DNA of 64,000 nt from Hydrolagus colliei (lineage: Eukaryota). Made by a program: the position numbers and the translations under genes. Shown here piece after piece: positions 36,100 through 48,205 of the stretch; position 1 is the stretch's first letter; each line of letters starts with the position of its first letter. A model generated the notes under the pieces. The model had not been told where the DNA came from. It searched no databases and saw only the letters and a list, made by a program, of their open reading frames with translations. Where the stretch lies: assembly GCA_035084275.1 (NCBI GenBank), contig CM068759.1, positions 2,294,001-2,358,000 on the forward strand. Direction: 5' to 3'.

Positions 36100-36261
36100 G
36101 AACTGCTGAAGAGGACCTCTAAAAAGCACAGTGATAATGGAGCTGTAGAGAGTGCCTTGCAAGCAATGAAGGCTGTCTGCACCAACATTAATGAAACAAA
36201 GCGACAGATGGAAAAGCTAGAGGCCTTGGAGCATCTGCAGTCACACATTGAAGGATGGGAG
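36100..36261 (+). CDS. PREX1: PREX1 exon 6 (DH C-terminus): ELLKRT...[28 protein letters not shown]
   Basis: cccag|GAA...GAG|gtatga; 162 nt; NINE motif. Confidence 0.97.
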
Positions 36262-36397
36262 GTATGAGGACTAAAGCCTTTCGAGGAGACGAAAAGCCCG
36301 TTTGCTTCATTGATAATTTGGTTTGAAAGGATAAATGGTGCTGCTCGTTTGAAAGTTCTTTGATGTAGCAGATGAAATTTGTTTCTGAGGCAGATAA

Positions 36398-36487
36398 CAG
36401 CGCCTTGGGACGTCCTCCCGACGTGAAAGGCTCTCTACGAATGTAATTTTGTTGTTGTTAAACTTGTAAAGCGCCTTTCACGTTGTA
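36398..36487. mobile_element. L2 tail (+) joined tail-to-tail with a short inverted tail (-)
   Basis: cagcgccttgggacgtcctcccgacgtgaaagg...gttgttgtt then aacttgtaaagcgcctttcacg. Confidence 0.8.
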
Positions 36488-37611
36488 CAAAATCAAAGTG
36501 GATTCGGCAAATCATTTTTTATATGAATGGTGGGTTTCATTGACTATTCCCTCATGAGAATACATTTTTACACTGACTGTCACTTGAGATTTTAATATTC
36601 TAGAGCACGGCCCGATTGTACAAAGGTCTCCCTGTATTTTGTTTGCTGATGGAAGCCATATATAGCAGAGTACGTAGTTCTATCAAGTCTCACAGTTAAC
36701 CACATGAATTGGTCTTTATGCTGCTCAGTTAAGGAAACCAAACGTTAACCATTGTTTGCTGAAATTCAAAGCAACCGTAAGAACACGAAACAACTTTGGG
36801 AGAACTTCTCCAGGTGGACACATTTCCCAAGTATTTTACATAAATTATAGTCAAGGTCAGTGACTGTTTTTTGGAGGCAAACTATGATTTCCGTATGACA
36901 CAGCTCTTGCCAATGTGGAAATGCACTACCATTGAAGGCGAAATGAAATTCCTGTCTGTTTTGCTAGTGCTTTAATTCAGCAACAGCTGTACAAATGATG
37001 CAATTTTATGGTGCAAGGGAAATGCCTTCTCAGTTTTCTCTGCTGAGTGCTCGGAAGCACATTGTCATCATGTGATTTTTTTTGGGTACGCTGTTGAAAC
37101 AGTCCAGACCAATACAGCAACCGCTCAACGATGTGCGTGAGAGCAATTGCCGCGGTCGCTATTGACGATGCTGGTTCTGTTTTACCATCATCATTTATTT
37201 ATCATTTTTGCTTCTCTATGAGCGGAGACCCGCCTCAGTTTCGTCTTCAGGAAACAATATCAGCCAACAACGGGACACCCATTAAAATCTTTCTGAGCTT
37301 CCCAGACCTAATAAATTGGAATCTTCCGTGTTTCCCTGTTAAAACTTGCGGTGTGTGTGGGTCACTAACACGAGCCACTATAACCAGCTGTGGGACATGG
37401 TCTGAACAGTGAGAAAGTAGCCACTAGTTCTGTGGCTCTCTACGATTGCAGCTTCCGGGACAACTTCACTTCACTTTGCATGTTAGTTTGGGGAAAAAAG
37501 AAGTGAGAAAGAGAACTTAACGGAAAGGAAGTCCTTAAACCGTACTAATCTTGGTTTTAATGGCCTTGCAATGATTCTTGTCAGATGGAATCTTGCAACT
37601 TTTGGAAACAA

Positions 37612-37924
37612 CAGTAATAATTAGTCTTTGCAATTCATATAGCATTTTCACTTCTAGACGTCTCAATGCGCTTCACAGAATATATTGTCGGGTGAATTGA
37701 CTGCATATTCGTGGGCGAAATGTGGCAGCCAGTTGCACAAGGCAGTGTCCCACAAACAGTCGTGAATTGAAATGACAAATTTATTGTTGCTTTTTGTTCT
37801 TGAGGGATTATTATCAGGCATGTGGAGTAAAGAAACATGCCCAAGGTTTCGCCCTGCCTGGAATCGAACCCAGGTCTCTCACTTGTAAGGTGAGCGCTCT
37901 AACCACTGAGCTACAGGACTCCAC
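37612..37924 (-). mobile_element. Full-length tRNA-SINE with near-intact tRNA-Val(TAC)-like head (37850-37920)
   Basis: Reverse complement reads gtcctgTAGCTCAGTGGttagagcg CTCAC-cttacaa-GTGAG agacctgGGTTCGATTCCaggcagggc. Confidence 0.9.
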
Positions 37925-38264
37925 GCTATAAATACGAGTTGTTGTTCAGATAATTTTGGATTTAAGTCTTGTCATTCAACTTGTGCCCAACAGTTTATAA
38001 GATTCCATTCTGACTGAAAGCTTTTCGTTTGGAGTTGTTCAAATCTTTTAAGTGTTTAAACCAACGAGGGTACTCTGCAGAAAACATTGTCGTTATATTC
38101 CTTTAGCATTACTAGAAGCTTTCCGATGCTGTGTGTAGTTCTGTTGCGAATGTCCCTTTTTTTAAAAGAAAAATCTTCTCTCATTTTCTCCCCAATCTTC
38201 TCCTGAAGGTACTGGTTCTTGCTGTGGTGTTATTCTACAGGCGTGCCTGACTGCCGTCTAAATA

Positions 38265-38490
38265 ATTATTCTTCACGTGTAAGCCTGGAGAATGAGTGTC
38301 AGTCAGCCATTTCAACTGTGTTGATGTGATAACTCATCCTGAATTTGGAGCTTGCACCCGCTCGCTTTCCAGTTCGGATCATTGCAGCAAGAGCTGATCA
38401 TTTTCGTTCCCCTCACCTAGCCCATGGGCACTGAGGCCAATTGTAATGCCTCATCACTGTTCTAGTTGACATCAGCTAACACATCTGTAG
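38265..38490 (-). mobile_element. Ancient SINE-like relic (family not named)
   Basis: cctagcccatgggcactgaggccaattgta...atcagctaac is the reverse of gagttagcta...ttggcctca at 56955-57010; two in-window copies. Confidence 0.55.
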
Positions 38491-39232
38491 CCGGCTGCGC
38501 CTTTTTTTTAAAAAAAACCATCCACCCCCACCCCCAAATCTATTTGGCTTCAACTGACAAATTTATTTTCAGGAGAGGTGTGAAAAGAAGTACTGCAGAA
38601 AATAGCCAGAGCACTTCGAAATGAAAGCGGATTACGTTTGGTTTGAGTTGCAAATTTTTTTAAAGAAGTTCAGAAATGCCCAACCGGTTACTTCTGTGCG
38701 AGAGACCAGGAGACAAACCAGATTCCCAGATGCTTTTCAGAACAGCCTAAATCGGAATCGAATGTAAAATAAGCTTGTACTTTTTCGGAGTTGAAACCAA
38801 TACTGCAAATGAGGTGATTCTGCAATTAATCACTCGATTTGTACGGTGATTCAGTGTGCGTAGGAGGGGATTGGGGGCTGAGTGTGGGGGGAAACAAGCT
38901 GTGTAACAGATTTTTTTCAACTCACCCAATAGCCTTCCTCATTTTCTAAATATAAAACCTGCAAGTTGGCTTTCAGCTGAGATGTGTGGTTGAGAAACAG
39001 CAATCGTGTGCTTCCTGATCAGCCATTAAATCACATGTTCATGATAATGGCCAGCCAGGCTTACCCCATTGAACAGGCATGCCGATCCCTCCATTAACCT
39101 GTCAGTGTGGAAGCTACTTCATTGATTGCCTGTGTGCTTTGGACCCAAAGCTGACTCAGTATGAGTTTAATCGCATCACCATACAGTCTGCAGTGTGTAA
39201 AAACTCTTTTCAATATTATGTGTTTTGGCTAG

Positions 39233-39366
39233 GGCTCAAATCTGACGGACATATGCACTGAACTGCTGCAGCAAGGAACGTTACTGAAGATCTCGGCTGG
39301 AAACATTCAAGAGCGAATGTTCTTTTTATTTGATAACTTACTGGTGTACTGCAAGAGGAAATCCAG
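39233..39366 (+). CDS. PREX1: PREX1 exon 7 (PH): [44 protein letters not shown](R)
   Basis: gctag|GGC...CAG|gtgggt; 134 nt, ends phase 2. Confidence 0.97.
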
Positions 39367-40784
39367 GTGGGTTACAATTCGCATCTGTACCTTGTCGCAT
39401 GATGATCCATTAGGTTGACTTCACAGCCACTCAATGGAAGTGCACTGCGAGCTGATATCCCCCCTAGAGATTGGTCAGAATCCCAAAGCGTTCTCACTAA
39501 GGCTTTGTGAGGTTTTAGCAGGTTAAACACCCAGCAGGACCCCACATAAATATTGTGTCTTCTTTCTTGGGTTGATCAGTGAATTGGCTGTTGGGATGAC
39601 ACCAGTGTTCTCCGCTGAATAATGGAACGGTTCCGTCAATAGCTACGTATGGGAATTGCAAGGAAGAAGCCGTTCTACCAACTTCATTGCTAGCAATGAG
39701 TGAGGAATGGGAAAGCGTTGAGGCCAGGTCACTTCCTGCCGTGCCAGAGTCAACGATTTACTGCACTCGGAAAGTTACAACCAGGCTGTCAGGTCTCTTC
39801 AAGATGATAAATAGTTCAGCATCTCGAGGGTTGCTGAAGCTTAAGCCAGGTCTTCACTTGTGCCAGACACTAGAATGACTGCAGCTGCACCAAATTACTT
39901 AACTTTACATCCAGATGACAAGCAGCAAAGCGATATGTAATGCTTTTTCTGCTTCTGGATCTCTCTCTGTCCCCCCCCCCCCCTCCCTCTCTCTCTCTCT
40001 CTGTCTCATCACCTGTAACTCTCTTTTTTGTGTGCGCCGATGTTCAAATGGAGGATTAACCATCTACTGAAAGAGGAGCTGTTAGCAGATGTTCTCAGGC
40101 TAAACAAAAGCCTCTGGTCTTCCTGCGAGGGCCCAAGTTGACTCTGTGAGACAGGTGTCATATTAATTTTTGCTGGTTGCCTCCGACTGTTAGGCTGATG
40201 GCACTGTCATTCTGCCACTTGCTTAGCAAACATTCTTTGCATGAAGAGAAGTGCAGGCTCAATGCTCCAACGCCATCATAAGATAGACGGGTGGAAAATA
40301 CTGCTGCTTACACAGTGTCCACTATGAAAGCAAAACAGATTGCCAAACTGTTTCGAGCAAGGAATTTGATAATCTATTTGAGATGATACTTCAGTGCTCC
40401 ATTAGTGGCACATTATGATTCTGGGGCTTCTCCAATTTGAGAATTGCATTTGCTGCGGGCGGGGGTGTAGAGGATCAGGCCATCTCTGAGCCAACGCGAT
40501 AGTTAAGTGCATCTCCTTGTGTTGAAATGTTGTTCTGATCTAATGAAAGGCATCAATAGGGTTTGGGAATTGGTGATCTCATAGCGAAAAGTGACTAGAG
40601 GAAGGAAGCCAATGGTTCGCAGTGTTTACGGAAGGAGTTTCTAAAAAAAGAGAAAATGAGCACTTCCCTGAGTGTTGCAATGCTGATGTGGCATTTGATG
40701 TTGGATCTCTTCAAACAAATTTCTTCATCGTATCCTAAAGTCATTATTTGTTGGCCGATTAAAACAAGAATTTCAATATAATAT

Positions 40785-40895
40785 AAAGTATAATATTCCA
40801 TGCATTTGATATGGCGCTTTACCACACCTTCGACATGTCTCAAAGCGCCTCACAAAATACTTACTGTGAAGTGAATTTTTTGATGGGTAAAACGC
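40785..40895 (-). mobile_element. tRNA-SINE 3' fragment
   Basis: tgcatttgatatggcgctt...tctcaaagcgcctcacaaaat...gtgaagtgaatt. Confidence 0.8.
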
Positions 40896-42027
40896 GAGGG
40901 TTGGGTGAAGAGGGGAGGAATTAGTCAACCCAATTTACTGATTTCTCTGCTGCTGCTGTCGTGACTTACATATAATACACGGTTTGCTTTGAAATAGAGT
41001 TTATTTTGCGAGCAGGACCCACATAGGGAACCAGTGCCAAATTCATCTTGGGGTGTGGGAGTCCTGTTCTGTGTTGTAAGCTATTCATGGCTTCAAAGGT
41101 TGTCATATGGTTTGCAGAGCCTTGGCATCTGTGTTTTTTTTTCTGTTTCACTGTTAGAAATATGTCATGGATTATACAGTAAATGCAAATGTTCAAATTT
41201 GGTGCAGTCATCAGGAAACATCTCAAGCTCATTCCCATTGGAATGTTCATCCTTCTATTTTTAGCGAAACATTTGAACATTTTAGTACCCTGTTATTGTC
41301 CTGGGTGGAGTCATTGGTTAGTTAGACCTTTGAATTTTCTGTCTGTTGTCCGAAACTTGACCAAAGTTAAACCTTAACGAGAATAATGATGGGTTGGTGT
41401 TTGTGTGGTCACAGTCACATAGTTAACATTCTGTCCTGTGAAATTACTATTTCCTAGGCATCAGAATATCCTGCTCTACCTGTTAAACCACCTCCCTACT
41501 TGCTGACAATTGAAAGGGACCATCAATTACTCTTCAAACCTATTGGACAAGATTATAGATTTCAATTGAGTACCTTTTATATTACTGGGCATTTTGAGTG
41601 AAGTGTTTCTGTAATTTACTAAGCCTAACTGTTCTGTGGAATCTACTCTTGTTTACATTGAAAACAGATTCCATGGAGCAAAATGCAAACAACTGTTTGT
41701 ATGGAAGCTGGATGTTTTTAAATTTGTATTGGACTGCAAACCAGACCCTGGAATTTCCATGATTATATTGTTGGTCTTGTCCAAGAGTAGAGAAGTGGTT
41801 TGCATCACAGAGTACGGTAATCCGAATGAAGAGTGGATTATGTGGAAACATATTATTGACGGGCTTGGCCGATATAATCTTCAGCAGCTTCTGCAAAAGG
41901 CACCAAATACCCAGTATTTAGTTGAACTACTTTTGAGGGTAATATTTTTCATGAATCATTGGTCTTCAAAGAACAGGATTATATGCTGTGGATAAATGTT
42001 GAGACTATGCCTATAACAATAAGAAAG

Positions 42028-42216
42028 TTGGTCATTTCAATCCACGACTGTTTGTGGGGATGCTGTGCTGTGCGCAATTGGCTGTCGCGTTTTGCCCACA
42101 AATATGCAGTCGATTCACTTCACGGTACATTCTGTGAAGCGCTTTGAGACATCGAGAAGACATGCAAAGTGCTATATCAAATGCGAGGATTATCATTATT
42201 ATTATATTATTATTAT
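42028..42216 (+). mobile_element. tRNA-SINE 3' half ending ~48 nt before exon 8
   Basis: tggtcatttcaatccacgactgtttgtggga...(ATT)n. Confidence 0.88.
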
Positions 42217-42263
42217 AAAGACAGTATTCCATCTTAGACTTGGTTACTTTTCTGTCTATTCAG

Positions 42264-42379
42264 AGTTGCTGGAAAGAAATCAACCAAACGCACAAAGTCT
42301 GTCAATGGCGGCCAGTATATTTTCCGTGGCCGAATTAATACCGAGGTCATGGAAGTGGAAAATGTTGAAGACGGAACAG
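42264..42379 (+). CDS. PREX1: PREX1 exon 8 (PH): [38 protein letters not shown]
   Basis: ttcag|AGT...CAG|gtaata; 116 nt, phase 2/1. Confidence 0.97.
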
Positions 42380-42999
42380 GTAATATATATTTGAATTGTA
42401 ACTTATTGAATGTAAGTAAGGATAGCAGCTCGCCTTACATTTTCTTACCAGTGTGCTGGTCAGCGGCTATAACAATTACTCATTCTTACATCATTTTGCT
42501 CTTCCCTGCTAGGTTAAATCTTACTTTGTATAGATTTATCGGCGCTTCCCAGAAGTGCGATTACGTCACTTGCATTACCGGATGATATGTTTTTTTTAAT
42601 AAAAAAAAGCTAAATGTTTTGCTCTTTCCCCTCTCTTTACCCAATTTGTATTGACGTTTGCTGAGGTGTTGCTTGCTCGGCATTGTTAAAGTAGGCTGCC
42701 TGAAGAATTTCACTTGTTTGGAAGTAAGCTTCGACATTTAAGTCATTAAGTATCAGGCGAATATTTGAATTTCAGCAACTGCATTCCAGCTCACTTACAT
42801 CATCATCCACACTTCAAGTAGAAGGCAGAACCCATTTAACACAGTTTATTTTTTTAAAACCTCGCCTTTCCCCCTGCTGGCGGTATCTCAGTGGTGATTG
42901 GTTAACTGAGCACTGACCAGGAATAAGACGTGACTTTTTTTTTCTCCCGCGTGTCTCAGTGGCATATCATACATGGAGACCCTGGGACATTTAAGAAAC

Positions 43000-43112
43000 C
43001 TTTAATACAGCACCTTGTGAGAGGGTGTCTTCAAGCGCTTTACAAGATTTATTGCGAAGTGTAGTGACTGTGTATTTAGTATGCGAACCCGACGGGCCAA
43101 TTTGAGGTCAGC
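43000..43112 (-). mobile_element. Old Deu/L2-type SINE tail
   Basis: aagcgctttacaag...aagtgtagtgactgt...gccaatttg. Confidence 0.5.
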
Positions 43113-43139
43113 CTGTGTCTGTCCCAATTCTCTTATTAT

Positions 43140-43430
43140 CGCGCCTTTCAAGCGTGAGACGTGTATTCAAATCCAGGCAGGTCAGGGCGAAACCATGGGC
43201 AAGTTTCCTTACTCCACACACACGCCTAATAATAATACGTCCAAAAACAAAATCCCACAATAATAAAAGTTGGTTATTTCAATCCATGACATGTTTGTGG
43301 GACACTGCTGGTGTGCAATTGGCTGCTGCGTATCGTCCACAAATATACAGTAAATTCAATTTACAGTATATATTCTGTGAAGTGCTTTGAGACAAAGCGC
43401 TATATCAAATGCAAGGATTATTATTATTAT
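43140..43430 (+). mobile_element. 5'-truncated tRNA-SINE
   Basis: ttcaaatccaggcaggtcagggcgaaacc...(ATT)n. Confidence 0.88.
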
Positions 43431-45084
43431 CTTGAAACATCAGTTTGTTTCTAAAAGGGTGCACTTTGTGTATGTGGCAATAATGAAACACACAAAGATC
43501 AATAAGATGAAAGTGCTTGATCTCGACACTGTTTCCCCAAATGGGAGAAAGTGTTTCATTTCCCAATTTCCCAACATTATTGCATCTCAGAAAGAAGTAG
43601 TTTTTTTTACTGAAAAAGATTAGAGCTATCAGACCAATTTCTTCTTGCTTCTGTTTGCCAAAATGCTCATTCTTATTGTGAGAAAACTTTAACTTTAACT
43701 TACAAGCAGAGCAGCATTGAGTTAAGATTCATACACTTAAAAGACTAGTCACAAAGCACTGACTTGGTAGTATTTTACTTAGTATTGTGAAGACAAAATC
43801 CTGTAAAGGCCAAGATGTACCACATCGACAATTCTAACTTGCAATGACTTTGAGGAGGCAGAATTTCCTGGTACATTAGCCACTCACTGAATTCTCAGAA
43901 CTCACCATGCGATTCAATCGACAAGATGTTGTGGTTTGTAAATTCATGCTAATAACCACCTAATTTGATACCTCAAAATAGCAGCATTTCCAGTTGGTAT
44001 GTACCGTGAAAGAATTAACCTGATGCACGCTAGAGCTAGCAAGAAATAATCAAATATTTTGTTTTTTTGCAATTTTTTTCTGAATAATTCAAACATTGGC
44101 CACAAGAGTTTATGACAGCTGATTTTGAGAGGTAAAGATTTCATGTGTTAAATGCTGGAGAGCTTCTATTCTTAATATCACTGAGGTCTGCAACCTAAGA
44201 GAAAGGGTTTTGATTTACGTAGGTTTTTAGATTGAGATCATGTAATACAGTACAGGGATAAAATGGAGCTTTGCAATCAATAGTCCCACTTCTTATCCAT
44301 TTATCAATTGAGGCCAATGTGGTTAAATCTAAAATTGAAGACTACAATCTTTATGTCCAATCCACAGAGGTGAAAGCCGTGCAGCTCACATTGAATTTCG
44401 TCAAACCATTGTTTTGGCTCACATCAAATAAATGATCATATCATTACTTGACGTGATTACTGCAAGGTTCACCTTTAAATGCCGTGTCAGGTGGGCTGAT
44501 GGTTTGGCTTTGCGTGCACATGAAGCAGCCATTTTGTGAGGTTCAGCTGAACCAGGATACAATGTGGTTGCAGCAAAGAGTTGCTTCTTGTTTTCAAGAA
44601 TGGCGGATTTTATACCATTATAGCGAGATATACGATAGTACCCACATTACTATTCTTCTTGAGGGAACGTAAGCAGGATCTCTCAGAGCTGAGCTGGCTC
44701 CTGTAAGTTGATATGTTTGGCAATGGAATGGCAGAATTTATTCAATCGTTGGTCTGATTCTTCTTCTTTATATTGATACTTCAGTTCCTAAGCCACGCAG
44801 ATCTACAATACAGTCCAGAGTAGTGCTGATGACAAACCAGCCAGCCAGGCACGTCAGCAGGACTTAAGAATGGCAGACTTAGAGCAGACATTCCAAAGCC
44901 ACAATCGTAGAGTGATCTTAGTTGGACAAGGAGTGGGAAGCTTGTCAGACAGATACCACTTCGAATGACAAGTTAAGTGATTCAGCTGGTTAGCCAACAG
45001 GCCTCAATGCTAGTCTTCACTCTTACCAACCCGCGTTTAATTCTCTCTAGAATCAGGTAAGCAGGTCATGTACCTCCAAGGAGA

Positions 45085-45308
45085 GTATGCAGAATCTGGG
45101 TTTGATTCCCGATAGGTCAGTGCAAAACCTTGGGCAAGTTTCCTTCCTCCACATGCCTGATAATAATCCCTCAAGAATAAAAAAACACAATAATGAATTG
45201 GTCGCTTCTATCTGTGAATGTTTGTGGGATATTGCTGTGTGCAATTGGCTGAGACGTCTACTAGACATGAAAAGCGCTATATCAAATGCAAGGATTATTA
45301 TTATTATC
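45085..45308 (+). mobile_element. tRNA-SINE with internal deletion
   Basis: B-box relic; body jumps from caattggctg to agacgtctactagacatgaaaagcgc; (ATT)n end. Confidence 0.82.
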
Positions 45309-45691
45309 GCATAGCAGACACAGACATTTCCATGGTGTAAGCTGCATGCATATGTGGGACTCTTACTCTAGTTTGGATACTTTTAAGCACGTTGATGGGT
45401 TTTCGCATGTAACCGGCTGCCCAAATATAATTCATAATGACCTATTTCCCCATATGATTTCATGACGAAATATTACATTAGAAACTACTTGTTCACCAGT
45501 TCCACCTCTCAAGTAGAGCTTTGTGTGTTTTTGTTGCACCAATCTTTATCGCTGAGCCCTTCCAACGTTGCCACCAGAGAGCAATCCGCTTGCAGTTGAA
45601 GAGATTTTGATTTCATGCGCTTCATAAAACTTTACGCTCCGTGCTCTTGCGTTCTGATGCTCCCTAACCCGCAACGTGCACTGCTTTGCAG

Positions 45692-45841
45692 CGGACTACC
45701 ATAGCAACGGCTACACTGTGACCAACGGCTGGAAGATTCACAACACGGCCAAAAACAAATGGTTCGTCTGCATGGCCAAAACTGTGGAAGAGAAGCAGAA
45801 ATGGCTGGATGCGATCCTGAAGGAACGGGAGCAGAGGGAGA
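45692..45841 (+). CDS. PREX1: PREX1 exon 9 (PH): [49 protein letters not shown]
   Basis: tgcag|CGG...AGA|gtgagt; 150 nt, phase 1/1. Confidence 0.97.
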
Positions 45842-46844
45842 GTGAGTAATCGATTGGCGCCCACTTAGATCAGCTCAAAATGGAAGCGATGCGATCCGTT
45901 TTATTCAGCGTGTTTGTCACGTTGATGTGACAAGCGGATATGTTTTCTTGCATGTAAACTTCCGGTTACTTTCTTAAGAGGGAGAGAGGGGAATGATTTA
46001 AAATGTGGACCCCGAGGAATTGATTCTTTTAAACCAATTGCTTGTGTGTTGTCCTGATGCTTGTCCTCCATATCATCATTGCAACAGATTTGGGCAACAG
46101 CTGCTTCATATTTGAACAGCACTGTCAACACCTACACAACCTTATTTAACCATCTGTTTTCCATTCAAATGTACCATATGTTTTTTTATTGGGGTTGCTC
46201 TAACGCCTTTCAAATATCCCTAAAGAGAGTTGGGGGGGTGGGGGGGAAGTTTGAAAATGGTGGTATTAATAGGGACATGCCGAGATGTGCATTCATGGTG
46301 CGTAACTGGATTCTGAGTGTTTTATCATTTAAAAATGGGCATTATTTGCGTCGACGTAAATTATTAGCCGATTGTTTCGTCATTTATGGCAGTTAAAATA
46401 GGTCTGAGGTGCGATATTTAAGATATTAATAATCAAGTGCTTGAAATAATGTGTCGCACGCACGTAAAGCTGTTTGACTGGGAGCCAGTCCACATCGAAA
46501 TAGGATTGCAAGCAGTGCTATTATCCTCATAGAGAATATAGTGGGTCGCCCATTGGATTTGTGCAAACTACTGCTGTGTTCAGTGCCCCCCAACGCAAGC
46601 TTCTATCAGCGACTGAACCCGATCCATTTTGAACATAGGCCTGAGTGAGTTCTGTTCTGATTGCCGACCGAAGAAATGCGCTCTTAAAACAGTTCTCCTT
46701 TTTCTCGGCGAAGTTGCTTTTTGCGAACGAATGAAGACGTAAATTTGTCAGCGTTTTTGTTTCTATAAGTCCGTCACCGAGTTAAAAAGCTCTCCTGGCG
46801 ATAATACGGCATCAAGTGGCGGTCGTTTGAATGATGCTCTCGCT

Positions 46845-46882
46845 CCCCCCACCCCCCACCCCCCCCCCCCCCCACTCCCCCC
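46845..46882. repeat. Poly-C tract upstream of the exon 10 acceptor
   Basis: Direct reading. Confidence 0.9.
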
Positions 46883-46896
46883 TTGTATTTCCCTAG

Positions 46897-47044
46897 GTCT
46901 AAAGCTGGGCATGGAACGCGACGCATATGTTATGATCTCTGAGAAGGGAGAGAAGCTGTACCACATGATGATGAGTCGGAAGGGAAACCTGATAAAGGAC
47001 AGGAGAAGAAAGCTGTCCATTGTCCCAAAGTGTTTTCTTGGCAA
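46897..47044 (+). CDS. PREX1: PREX1 exon 10 (linker/DEP1): [48 protein letters not shown]
   Basis: cctag|GTC...CAA|gtaagg; 148 nt, phase 1/2. Confidence 0.97.
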
Positions 47045-48125
47045 GTAAGGCAGCATCAATTTTAATGTTCTATTCATACGAGTTGAAAGGCTGTGCAGTT
47101 GGCTTTCCTGTGGGCTTGGCTCAGCTATGCCAAATCCAATATAATTTGATGGGACCTAATTGCAAAGGCATTACCATCCAGCACTTGTTAGGTTACGGCA
47201 ATTAATCTTTTTTTTGTTTTATCTGGATGCTAAGTGCGGATTTTATAGAGCAATAAAGCCGCATACTGTAATTTTTAGCATGTTGGTTACTCGAAATATA
47301 TATTGTCCACAATTCTGTCAAGTGTATTTTTTTAAAAAAAACTCCTGCTCTGTTGTTAACACACGAATAATTGAAGCATTAATGGTTAATGATACATCAA
47401 CAGCCGTACATGGGCTCAGTTTTTGTGGTGTTCATTTGCAGAATTTCTTACTTTAGGGAGTCACAGAGGACAGAGACTCTCTCTGGTAACTGGAAATACA
47501 TTTATCCCCGTCTGAGGGGTCCCTAAGTAGAAAATAAATCAACTTGGAGCATTCTTGCCTCGTGAACTTCCCAAACGTCTTAATTAAGACGTACAGTATC
47601 GCAAGATTGATCCTCGTATCAATCAGTTACAAATAACATTCCGCAGTATGGTGTATAAAGTACAATCAGCTGGAGATTGTAATCTTTCCTACTGAATGTG
47701 AGGAAGTCTTTTGTGACCAAATGAGTTCAGTCGAGTGTGTCTCAGTGTAACAATCGTGTATTCCGAGTCTTGACAGATTTTCGACACGCAAGCATTTAAA
47801 TAGGTGTGAATCATCATAGGCTCTTGACGAGTTCCAGGCTTGTTTTACTTGTGCATCAACGAACGTAGCTGTGTGTGTGTGTTTTTTTTGGTGGGGGCGG
47901 GTTGGGGATAGATGCTTTCAGATTGAATCTACACCACTTTGCTGATGCTGCTGCTGCCTGTCAAGTATTGTTTAATGTGTGAAATAACCAGGGATTATTT
48001 TCAAATATGATCGTACAATTCTAGCAGCAGTTTTAAGATAAGTATCACTGATTTGCATGTGGTTATATATGGCAAAGATTTGTTTTAGTGAATGCCCGTT
48101 TGCGTGGTGCAGAGTTGAAGGCATC

Positions 48126-48205
48126 AACAACAACAACAACAACAACATAATAATAATAATAACCCTTCATTTAAAATTACACTTATAGAGCGCCTTTCAC
48201 GTCTT
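48126..48205 (-). mobile_element. L2 tail with (AAC)n(AAT)n
   Basis: aaaattacacttatagagcgcctttcacgtc. Confidence 0.65.

Noticed and set aside
35895-36248. Antisense ORFs over exons 6, 9, 10 and 16
   Set aside because: Shadow frames of the coding strand.
7260-36487. CRISPR-like array from the recurring ~35-nt hairpin repeat
   Set aside because: Copies are dispersed on both strands at irregular kb spacing with microsatellite ends, in a eukaryotic intron with no cas genes.
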